DNA from: Octopus bimaculoides
Lineage: Eukaryota
Length of the DNA: 63,903 bases
Assembly (NCBI RefSeq): GCF_001194135.2
Contig: NC_068981.1
Location: 108,105,359-108,169,261 of the forward strand
Direction of reading: 5' to 3'
The notes below the pieces were generated by a model that was given only the letters and a program-made list of their open reading frames with translations, was not told the origin of the DNA and searched no databases. Numbering within the stretch: position 1 is the first letter of the stretch; the number at the start of each line of letters is the position of its first letter. Below are positions 50,481-61,591 of the stretch, in pieces. A program made the position numbers and the translations under genes.

Positions 50481-52206
50481 TGAATATGTCGTTAATTTAC
50501 ATAAAAAGGAGCTGAGAGAGCAATAAGGCATTAAAGGCATCTGCTAAAGTATGTGAGAAAGACAGCTGTACTACCAAGGATGTGTAATGTCAAGGGAAAA
50601 TGAAGGGTGGTTGAAAAAATGTCAGTTGTGAGGAGTTGTAATGAAAGAATGATAAAGATAATATGACATGGTCTAGTGTAAGAGAAACATCTGAGTTCAT
50701 TTGAAATTCCAATATATTTAACAAAGAACAAGCAGTGCTCACAACAAAAGTTATCTGAAGAGCTATTCATTCACTGGCTACTGTCCAAAATTATTGTTGA
50801 GTTTTATTCCTATTCTAAATTTTACCACCTTAAGAGAATTATTTATGTCAAATCAATGGCAGAGCAATAACAAGCTAAGCTGATTTTGGCATGATTTATA
50901 ATTCAGAAACAAAGCCAAACAAGTCAGAATAAAATACTAAGTACTGTATTCTGCCTTTAATTTTTATGTATGTTTATAAGGCAATATATTGATGGGTTTG
51001 GGGACTGGCTTTGTGGTTCACAATTTGTGCAGTTTTCTTAAGCCTCTGTGTTTAAAACTGCACATTTTAGTTATCGTAACTAAAAATCAGAAATGGAATT
51101 TATAAATAGCAGTGATGAAGAACTGTTATAGTGAAAGGAAATAGAAAGTTCTTCTATATTTGTTCCTGAAACTGCTGAACAATAAAGCAATGTCAAATTT
51201 ACTGTGATGTCTACAGGATATGGCAGTAAGTAAGTATTTCTGCAAAGGAAATTATGCCATTAATATAAAACTGCAAGCTAACAAAGCTTCTTTCTCATAA
51301 GATAATTTAAAACGGTGTCATGTGTTGTAGAGTGGCTAGACATAAAAGTCAAAACTGAAAAGTCAGATAACTAATCAGAAAAGGCTGGATTGGAGAAGAC
51401 TATTGATTCTGTACATAGCAAACTTTTATTAAATGTTATTTTCTTAATGTTAGTTACATCTGCAGCAGCATCATTATTTTTTTGCATCACCAGATAGTAA
51501 AGTGCAGTTTGATTTCTGTGAGCTGAAGCTGGATATAGTAATATATGACTATGAAATAAATTGTTCTCTTTTTTTATACTTGTTTATTTTATTTTATTAT
51601 AAGATATTAGAGGCTTAATGATCTCAAATAGGAAAATAGTAAAATTGTTCTAGAAAGACATGAATGATTTTCAAACACTACTTCTTTCATGACAGAAAGA
51701 AGCTGACTTATAGATGGCCAGAATAAATTGTCTACAGCTGTTTTAAAAATATGATGAAGTATTAGAAAAGACTTCAGATTTGAAAAATGATACTTGATTT
51801 TATGTCTACAAGCTATGTCTGTCTAGATCTAAAGTATCACTTCAATTTATTTTACACACATATTGGTTAAGTTTCAACTTAATGAGAAAAGAATTTTTTC
51901 CAATCTGAATATCTCTGAATTGAAAGCAAGATATATTTAAAAATGAAAGACAATATTTTATTGCATAATATATTCCTAATAAATCTTTCTTCCAAAATTC
52001 CTTTCTGTGTGGATGTGGGTGTGGATAGGGAGAGAGAACAATCAAGCAAAATCTCCAGATATACAAGAAAAATTTCAATACACATCATGTCATATACAAC
52101 AGAATACCATTTGTTCAGTATATCGATTGAGTTTACATTCTCTTTTTAGAGGTAAACATTTGTTTTGAATATCAGTTGTCTAAAATTTACTGATACACTA
52201 AATTTA

Positions 52207-52270
<64 letters not shown>
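52207..52270 (+). repeat. (AAT)21 microsatellite
   Basis: Direct reading. Confidence 0.95.
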
Positions 52271-52271
<1 letters not shown>

Positions 52272-53560
52272 CACAAGAATGCTATAAATACCTGGAGATA
52301 AATGAAGGAAATGGTATACAACATGCTACTATGAAAGAAAAAATAAGAAAGGAGTATTACAGGAGAGTAAGACTCATATTAAAAACTGAATTCAACTCCA
52401 AAAATTGCATTAAAAGACTCATATTAAAAACTGAACTCAACTCCAAAATCTATTAACACCCTGGCACTTCCAATAGCCCAATACAGTTTTGACATCATTA
52501 ACTGAGACCTTACAGAACGTCAACGCCTGAACAGGAAGACAAGAAATCTATTAACATCTAAGAACATGCACCACCAAAAAGCAGACGTTGATTGTTTATA
52601 CCTATCTAGAAGTAATGGGGGAAGAGGAAAGATGCAGATAGAACTGTGCTATAAGACCTCCACAATAGCAATGAACAAGTACTTATCAAGTACAGAGGAG
52701 TGGATGCTGCAGCTTGTGTGCAAACACGAAAGCAGCAAAATATCACATTCTATTGTCAAAGAAGCTTGTAAATTCACAAGGGAACTTGGCATTAACCCTG
52801 AATTAGATGAAGAACCTGAAACCACTGCCATGGAAAAGCAAAACGGATCAAACAGACTGCAAAAAAGAATGGGCAGAAACAAATTGAGGAGTGGTGGAAC
52901 CAGAAGCCTCTGCATAGACAGTATATACTCTAAAGTCGAAATGCTGATGTAGATCAAGCAACAACCCATCAGTGGCTGAGAATCTCATGACTGAAAGCAG
53001 AAACTGAAGGTTACTTTTCAAAAACAACCAGGCTAACATTCTTCAAAATGGTTCTGACACTAAATCCAGATTCTGCAATATATTTGATGAAACCATAGAT
53101 CATCTCATCTTGGGATGTCCTGTGCTGACACTAACAAATACAAAGATCCCCACAACAGGGTAGGACAGTATTTCCATTAGAAAATATGTAAACACTACAA
53201 AATCTGACACTCCTGCTTACTAGTATGAACATCATCCTGAGCCAGTCATTGAAAATAAAAAAATGTCACTATCTTCTGGGATAGTGGCAACACCGACAGA
53301 ACAATCCAGGCTAATCAACCAGACATAGTCATAAAAGACAGGGAAGAAAATACTTGTAGACTAATAGATGTAATTGTTCCCACTGATAAAAATATATCTG
53401 TAAAGGAATTTGACAAATTAAGTAAATATAAGGACTTGAAAATTGAAATACAAAAGATGTGTCATCTTAAAACGAGAACTACCCCTGTTATTGTGGGTGC
53501 CCTAGGTATGATAAGAAAGTGATGTCAGAAACATCTAGATAAACATTTCTTAATTGGGGT
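52271..53560 (+). mobile_element. R4/Dong-like non-LTR retrotransposon 3' part (late RT, CCHC finger, REL endonuclease)
   Basis: KEYYRRVRLILKTELNSK, LYLSRSNGGRG, FCNIFDETIDHLILGCP, ANQPDIVIKD...IDV.VP...K.SKYKDL, PVIVGALGMI. Confidence 0.8.
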
Positions 53561-53950
53561 TCTGCAAAAGGTTCCTAGTGGTACCATGAGAAAGGGTGAG
53601 ATAAGCTAATGTTAATTTCATGATTGTAATATTACTATACACGCACAACATATTATTGTTTATTGTAATATTATAATATAGACATCATCCTATCTGACTT
53701 ATTATGTTATCAAAACAATATATCAACCATTGGGGATATATTTAGTGATGTCTGTAATTTNNNNNNNNNNNNNNNNNNNNNNNNNNNNNNNNNNNNNNNN
53801 NNNNNNNNNNNNNNNNNNNNNNNNNNNNNNNNNNNNNNNNNNNNNNNNNNNNNNNNNNNNNNNNNNNNNNNNNNNNNNNNNNNNNNNNNNNNNNNNNNNN
53901 NNNNNNNNNNNNNNNNNNNNNNNNNNNNNNNNNNNNNNNNNNNNNNNNNN

Positions 53951-54645
53951 AGAAGACCCGGCAAGACAAGTGAGACCATAACCTGTGGCCTTTACCAGCC
54001 CACTTATGCGTACCTTACCTTCTTTGGACACAAAACTCTACTTGCGAAGACCTGTTGAGGCAAGTGAAATTGAAATCGAACCAAATTCGACGACTGGCAC
54101 CCATGCCAACCTTCCTTCATTGGACACTAAACTCTGCTTGCGAAGACCTGTTGGGGAAAGTGAAATCGAATTGAACCAAATTCGATGACTGGCACCTGTG
54201 CCAGTGATCTGCTTAGAGCACCATCCGAGCGGGATCACTGCCAGAGCAGCTGTCTGGCTTCCATGCCGGTGGCACGTAAAAAGCACCATTTGAGCGTGAT
54301 CATTACCAGCATTGCCTTACTGGCACTTATGCCGGTGGCATGTAAACAAAACATTTGAGCGAGGTTGTTGCTAGTGTCGCTGGACTGGCTCCTGTGCAGG
54401 TGATATATAGAAAACACCATTTGAGCATGGCTGTTGCCAATACCGCCAGACTGGCCCTCGTGCCAGTGGCATGTAAAACCACCCACTACACTCTTGGAGT
54501 GGTTGGCATTAGGAAGGGCATCCAGCTGTAGAAACTCTGCCAGATCAGATTGGAGCCTGGTGCAGCCATCTTGTTCGCCAGTCCTCAGTCAAATCGTCCA
54601 ACCCATGCTAGCATGGAAAACGGACGTTAAACGATGATGATGATC
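53951..54645 (+). mobile_element. RTE-type LINE 3'UTR and tail
   Basis: Begins EKTRQDK*; homologous to 59015-59300; ends with the SINE-B tail and (GAT)n. Confidence 0.8.
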
Positions 54646-55094
54646 ATCATCATCATATTTACCATGTGAACTATGATGAAAAAATATGAGAAAGATATGG
54701 TATATAATTATTTTGTGCAGGGGGTTCCTTGAAACATGTAAATTATTTTAAGGGTTTTGCAAGGGTAAAAAGTTGCAGAAACACTGATTTAGATAATATC
54801 CCAGAATAACCATGTCTCAGAGCAATCCAAAAGATTGTGTTGACAAATACTTCCCACATCCCAAGAAAAACACTATCAATTTAAATGTCTTTGTTGTATT
54901 ACAGGAAGATATTTCACTACTGCTCCTGCCACTTTCCCTTCCCAAGCTTTCAGTCATACTGTAACATTGCTTATCTGTCACTTGCGCTAGCGATAACCTA
55001 AGGTTACAAGTAGTAACTCACTACCCACATAAATCCTATGAGGAATAAGACCAAACCTGAGTCAAATGAAAATTAATAGTAGTAGTAGTAGCTT

Positions 55095-55245
55095 CAAGTT
55101 TTGGCACAAGGCCAGCAATTTTGAAGGGATTGGACAAGTTAATTACATCAATCCCAATATTTGACTGCTGCTTATTTTATTGACCCTGAAGGATGAAAGG
55201 CAAAATTGACTTTTGGCAGGATTTGAACTCAGAATGTATAGAACC
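55095..55245 (-). mobile_element. SINE family C
   Basis: Reverse-complement similarity to 20082-20290. Confidence 0.6.
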
Positions 55246-55259
55246 TGAAGAAAAGCTAA

Positions 55260-56504
55260 GACAGCCTCCAGCCAGGTCTTCACCAAGTTCTGCACCTTGG
55301 ACTTCAGTGACCTGTGATTCCTGCTCTCTCAGAACCAAGTGATGTTGCTGAAGAAATCATCTTCTTCATCCTCATTGCTGGTGGTGTTGCTGTCCTCCTC
55401 ATTGGTCTCCATTAGGGCTGTCTCTATAACAGTCTCCATGGCATTTGTTACTCTACTAACCCAGCTGTTATTATACTGCTCTGGCCAGAACAGGTGAAAC
55501 TTGGGGTGGAAGGCAGCAGCCGGCTGACACTCCAGGTCTTCTAAGAGGAGCCCAAACCTTATCATCATGCCTGCCAGTATCACATCTACCAGAGGACTGC
55601 AGTACAGGAGATGTTTGAACTTGGCCTCCTCCAACTTCATGATGGTAGCCATTACAGTTGGTAGAAAGCTACTGAGATAGGCCTAGTCCTCCCCCTAGAT
55701 TTTATCCAAGGCCTTGGCAACATTAGACATCACCTGGGTGTACTCCATCAGGAAGCTGACGTCAGAATTAGTGAAGGTCCTCAGCTTCAGATCTTTCATT
55801 ACCCTGTGGACAGCTCCCCTATTCTTCTGGAGCAGGTTGTTGAGGATAACAACAAAGTAATAGATAGAGTTCATCTGGTACTGTTGGGGACCACTAGTCT
55901 CCTCTTCAACACATCCAGAATGCTATCTGTCACCACCATGCTGCAGCTCTGCGGATTCCACAGCCACTGTGCCTTGGACATGACTTTCCTTGAACAAAGC
56001 ACTGTCAAAAGCTTTATCAGCATCCATGCTGGTTACCAAGTTGAAGATATGGGCTGTGCATTACATGTGCACTGGCAGGTTGAGTCCCAGGCTGCTGAAC
56101 TCATCAAGGACGGCATCAACAGAGATGTACTCAACTTCATCCACATCTCCAGGCTCAAGATCCATGTCCAGGTCCACATCCTCGACACCCTCCATATCCA
56201 GATAAGCAAAAACTTCAGGAATGTTTGTACCATACTGCATAAATTCCTTGATAAAGTTTTTGCCGCTGTCCATCATGGTCCTGGTCACCTTGTCTTGCAA
56301 ATAGAACTTGTTATGGTGTCCACTATTGCCTGGGCGAGAACATCAAAGGTGTGATGTCCTCTGAACCGAGAGCAAGCCAGGATGGCGTGTTGTCTCATAT
56401 GGGTCTTAGGGGTCCAGTCTGAATGCTGTCATCCCCTGGTAGGACCTGTTGTGAGCCAACCAGCAGTTCACAGTGGTCGTCATCCAGGGACATCCTGGAG
56501 CAAT
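55260..56504 (-). pseudogene. hAT-superfamily transposase pseudogene (GC-rich)
   Basis: TTTVNCWLAHNRSYQGMTA, LACSRFRGHHTFDVLA, VTRTMMDSGKNFIKEF, CTAHIFNLV (CxxH-type motif), AAAFHPKF; stops and at least two frameshifts. Confidence 0.8.
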
Positions 56505-57159
56505 CTGTAATTAAAATTGTTAAACTATAAAGAGACATAAGTTGCATAGTTAAAAACTTAAAATTATATATATATAATTTAGAAATTTAGAAATTCTTTT
56601 TGCTACCAGTGGTCTAGCGAGAAGAAAAAACTAGTCAATAGACTATATATTATTCATATAAATACACACAGTGTACATTTAAACACATAAGAGAGATGTC
56701 CATAATCAAACATCTAACCCTCTTGAAGGAGCAGTCAAACTCCAAACCACAATTAGGGATAATTTCACAAGGGAATGAAAAATAAAAATATTTACCATCT
56801 ATTTCCTGAACCATGGTTTCAAGCTATTTTCAGCAAAATAAAATAATCTGCTAGGTCAGCTATCATCAGCAGGAAAGCCAAGATTAACATATAAACACGA
56901 AGCAATACATAGAACATGCCTTGTGCTTTATATGTTATAATTTTTCATAACTACCGTGCATGTGCAGTTTTCTTATCGGCAGAAAATACAAAAAATGCCA
57001 ATTTTCTTCCAGAAATTAGCCAAAAAGTCATTATATCATTATTAATAAATCTCAGGGTAGCAAAAAAAATTAGAAATTCTTTATGCTACCAGTGGTCTAG
57101 CGTAAAGAAAAAACTAGTCAATAGACGGTATATTATTCATATCAAAAGTTAGTGAAAAG

Positions 57160-57425
57160 ATTAGGCAATGATGGCTATAACTGTCTGGTCACTGTATGCA
57201 CCACTATAAACAGGAGGCATCCAAATTAGTCTAGTGGAACCCACTTCTTGGTGATGTTAGAAGAGGAAAACATCATCACACTTACATTGACAACTTGATT
57301 GCAGACACTGGCCTGGAATGCATCCAGGACCACAAGACAATGATGATGGACTGAGAAGTGTGACAGGCAGACTTTGTTACTGCAGACCAGGTTGGAACCA
57401 GGTCATAATTATAATAATAATGATC
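57160..57425 (+). mobile_element. LINE 3' end relic with (TAA)-like tail
   Basis: RRGKHHHTYIDNLIADTGLE...MMMD resembles RTE-like C-termini. Confidence 0.5.
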
Positions 57426-58512
57426 TCCTCTTTATTTTCTTCAGTTCTTCATACTTTTCATTCTATTTGTGTTCTTATTTATTCATTTATCTTATTCTCT
57501 ATCTTTTTTTACCATATGGTTTAATCATTTAAATATTATGGGATGGCCAGCCAAACCTTTAGAAAGCAAATCTTTATGATAAACACATTCTTTCTCATTT
57601 TATCCTTAGTTTTTTTATTTTATTGTTTTTACTTCATTTTATTGTATTCTTTTGCTTAATTTACATTTATCTACTGTCATTGTTTGACTAATGCACTCCA
57701 TATAAGATAATTCTAGTATTTGTAAAGAGTGAAATTTGCCTAATATATGTCTGTGACTAGGTAATAAAATTATTTGCTACTTATAGCAGAGTCTGGTGTT
57801 TTAACCTGCAATAAAATGTTCTGAAGTGTAGCCTGTTTTTTATGTTAGAGCACAACTATATTTATGGGTGTGTGTGTGTGTGTGTGTATAGCAATAAGAA
57901 AATGGAGGGGAATAGGTGGTATTCATCAACTTGCAGACATTGTATTGTGTCAATATACTTGTTTATTTGTTTACTAAGAGGCCGATAATTACAATATACA
58001 AACACACGTGACATATTATGTCATATCAGTAATTAAAAATGACATATAGTGACGGTGGGTATTATATAATAGACCCTCAAAATGAATACCGCTGATAAAA
58101 TATCTGTATATATATATATGTATATATATATANNNNNNNNNNNNNNNNNNNNNNNNNNNNNNNNNNNNNNNNNNNNNNNTAATTACAATATACAAACACA
58201 CGTGACATATTATGTCATATCAGTAATTAAAAATGACATATAGTGACGGTGGGTATTATATAATAGACCCTCAAAATGAATACCGCTGATAAAATATCTG
58301 TATATATATATAGATGGTAAATGTTTTTATTTTTCATTCCCTTTCGAAATTATCCCTAATTGTGGTGTGGAGTTTTGACTGCTCCTTCTAGCAGGTTAGA
58401 TGTCCTATGATGGACATCTCTGATGTGTTTAAATGTACACTGTATTTTAAATGAATAATACACCTATACATATATATACATACAAACATATATATATATA
58501 TAATATATATAA

Positions 58513-59300
58513 CCTCTGCTGGTGATAAAGGGCCTCACGCTCAGTGTAAAAGGCAGACTGTATGATGCATGTGTATGAACAGCCATGCTTCACAGCAGTG
58601 AAACATGGGCTGTGACTGCTGAGGACATGCGTAAGCTCACAAGGAATGAAGCTAGTATGCTCCGATGGATATGTAATGTCAGTGTGCATACTCNNNNNNN
58701 NNNTATGCTCCGATGGATATGTAATGTCAGTGTGCATACTCGACAGAGTGTAAGTACCTTGAGAGAAAAGTTGGACCTAAGAAGCATCAGATGTGGTGTG
58801 CAAGAGAGATGATTGCGCTGGTATGGTCAAGTGGTATGAATGGATGAGGATAGCTGTGTGAAAAAGTGCCACATCCTAGCAGTTGAGGGAACCTGTGGAA
58901 GAGGTAGACCCAGGAAGACCTGGGATGAGGTGGTGAAGCACAACCTTCGAATATTAGGCCTCACCAAGGCAATGACTTGTGACCGAGACCTTTGGAAATA
59001 TGCAGTGCGTGAGAAGACCCGGCAAGCCAAGTGAGACCATAACCCGAGGCCTCTGCCAGGGGGTAGCCAGCCCACTTATGCATACCTTTCCTTCATTGGA
59101 CACTAAACTCTGTTTGCGAATACCTGTTGAGGCAAATGAAATCGATCCAAATTCGACGACTGGCACCCATTCCAACCTCTCCTTCATCAGACACTAAACT
59201 CTGCTTGCGAAGACCTGTTGGGGCAAGTGAAATCGAAATTGTGATTGAACCAAATTCGATGACTGGCACCGTCTGAGCATGATCATTGCCAGAGCAGCTG
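58513..59300 (+). mobile_element. RTE-type LINE 3' end (well preserved) with 3'UTR
   Basis: GRLYDACV*TAMLHSSETWAVTAEDMRKLTRNEASMLRW...EGTCGRGRPRKTWDEVVKHNL...DRDLWKYAVREKTRQAK*. Confidence 0.9.
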
Positions 59301-60284
59301 TCTGGCATACAAAGAATAAGTCCTGGGGTCAATTTGCTCGACTAAAGGCGGTGCTCCAGCATGACCACAGTCAAATGACTGAAACAAGTAAAGGAGAGAG
59401 TTAAGAGTATATTATTTATATTATTATATGATTGAACACCATACATCCTCTTCCAAGTAAGTTTTATCTTAATAATTCTGATGTGCACTCTATACAATCT
59501 TTTTACTCTTTTGTTTTTCTTTCTTTCTCTCTCTTATTCTTTTACCTCCTCTTCTCCCACTACTCTATCCTATTACTCTGTCTCTCTCTCTCGCTCACTC
59601 CTCCTTCCTTGCCACATAGCTCTCACGTAACCATCGGCCATCTTTCTTTCTTCTCCTAACTTGTGTTTCTTGCTTTCTCTCCGTTGTAGCTGGAACAAGG
59701 AAGATGTGTTCTTGTTTGTCTACTGACCAAGCTTGATTTATGCGTTCTCCACCACAACCTTGTTTAGGTTTAGCAGTCCTTCCTGTTTGTTTTCACTGTC
59801 CTGTTTATGTTTCCAATTTTGACCCTCCGCAAAATCCCAAATTCTATTTAATTTGCTTTGCGGGAGCAACTGTTTTAACGAAAGCATATATTGTTGTTAA
59901 ATGCTCAAAATATGAGACTAGAAAAATAGCCAACAACTGATGAAGGGTCGTTCTTTATGTTGTTTGTTCTGTTTTCCATTTGTGTCTTTCGTTGTTCGAA
60001 AGAGTAGTTCATGTTCCATGCACTCGTGCTTTGTACTTTTTTGTCGTACACATTTTGCGATGTCCTGTGCTCACATATGCATATATATATATGTATAGAT
60101 GTAAGTATGTACATATACGTATGTATATATGCATATATGTATATATATATTATTGATATTATCATATATGTGTGTGTGTGTGTATACACATATATAGTGG
60201 GAATTTACAGAAAAACAAAAGACGAAGACAGGTGTATAAACAACAAACAGGTATATCATTTTAACGTTCGGTAAGGTGAGAAAG

Positions 60285-60322
60285 TCTTTTACGTTTTGAG
60301 CCTATGCTCTTCAACAGAAAGG
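60285..60322 (-). ncRNA. Minimal hammerhead-like fold, decayed (G12A)
   Basis: Reverse complement CCTTT-CTGTTGA-A-GAGC(ATAG)GCTC-AAAA-CG-TA-AAAGA. Confidence 0.5.
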
Positions 60323-61554
60323 AAGAAATAAACAGAGAGAGAATAAAAATGCTTTAGAGGTTAGCAGTCAATCATGGTGGCTGGCTGGACAGAGGAGCTA
60401 GGAAGAAGGGGAGATAATAAAGTATTGGTGATCCCAAAACGAAGGTGCGTGTGTATGTGAGAGCATGTGTGTGTGTGTGCATGTAGATAGAGGCTGCTGA
60501 CCTTGATGTGTGGATGTGTGCATGTGTGTGTGCGTCTGTAATGTGTGGGTGTGTGGGTGATGGTGTTGGTACTGGGAAGTGGTCACTGCTAGTGTGTGCA
60601 GTGATGTGATGTGGTGTGGTGGTATGGTCTGGTGGTGTGGTGGTCTGGTGGTGTGGTGGTGTGGTGGTGTTGGGGTGTGGAGATGCGATGGTGAGGTGTG
60701 GGGATGTGAGGTGTGGGGATGTGAGGTGTGGGGATGTGAGGTGTGGGGATGTGAGNNNNNNNNNNNNNNNNNNNNNNNNNNNNNNNNNNNNNNNNNNNNN
60801 NNNNNNNNNNNNNNNNNNNNNNNNNNNNNNNNNNNNNNNNNNNNNNNNNNNNNNNNNNNNNNNNNNNNNNNNNNNNNNNNNNNNNNNNNNNNNNNNNNNN
60901 NNNNNNNNNNNNNNNNNNNNNNNNNNNNNNNNNNNNNNNNNNNNNNNNNNNNGGGTGGGGTATGGGGGAGTGGGGTGGGTATGGTGGTGGGGTCGGGATG
61001 TGTAGGAGTGGGGTGTGAATGGAGGGGGTAACAATGAAGGGAGAAGGTTGGTAGGGGTGAAGAGAGGAAGTAGGTGTCAGGGCAAGAGAGGAGAGAAGAG
61101 GCAGATACGAATAAAGAGAAGAAGTAGGTGTGAGATGAAGAGAGGAGAGGAGTCAGATGAAGAGGGGAGTGGACTTGAGTCAATGTGGCACAAAGGAGCG
61201 AAGAGAAAAGATTAATTCCTGTTCACAATGAAGGCTGGAGTCTGGATGGCTCCTGTGCAAAAACAGTCCAAACACAGCCAGATGTTGTAATGAATGACTG
61301 GTAGAGTGGAAACGGCGTGAGACTGTCGTTGCTGAGTCTAATGTCTTGGAGGTGCTCCACGAACCAGTCAGCTATTTGGCTGATGTACAGAGAAGGACAG
61401 AAAGAGTAGGATATGCAGTAAATGACGTTTCTAGAAGTGCATGTAAAGGAGTCGGTGATATGATAGGAATGATGATGGGTATATATATGTATATCGCCAT
61501 GATAGATCGCTGACCACTACATTTATATTTTTTCTCCTTGTTTTTCTCCTTATT

Positions 61555-61591
61555 TCTTTCTGTTGAAGAGCGTAGCTCGAAACGTTAAAGA
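61555..61591 (+). ncRNA. Minimal type I hammerhead-like ribozyme, A6U core variant, stems intact
   Basis: TCTTT-CTGTTGA-A-GAGC(GTA)GCTC-GAAA-CG-TT-AAAGA: 5-bp stem I, 4-bp stem II, palindromic AACGTT stem III. Confidence 0.65.

Noticed and set aside
57986-58311. Identical ~125-bp direct repeat on both sides of an N gap
   Set aside because: Typical unmerged contig overlap; probably an assembly artefact
58656-58741. 38-bp duplication across an 11-N gap inside the RTE
   Set aside because: Same artefact signature; removing one copy restores the RTE frame
59880-59960. GAAA...stem (AGCAT/ATGCT)...CTGATGA, a possible third hammerhead
   Set aside because: Stems I and II cannot both be formed in type I or type II topology; at best a decayed relic
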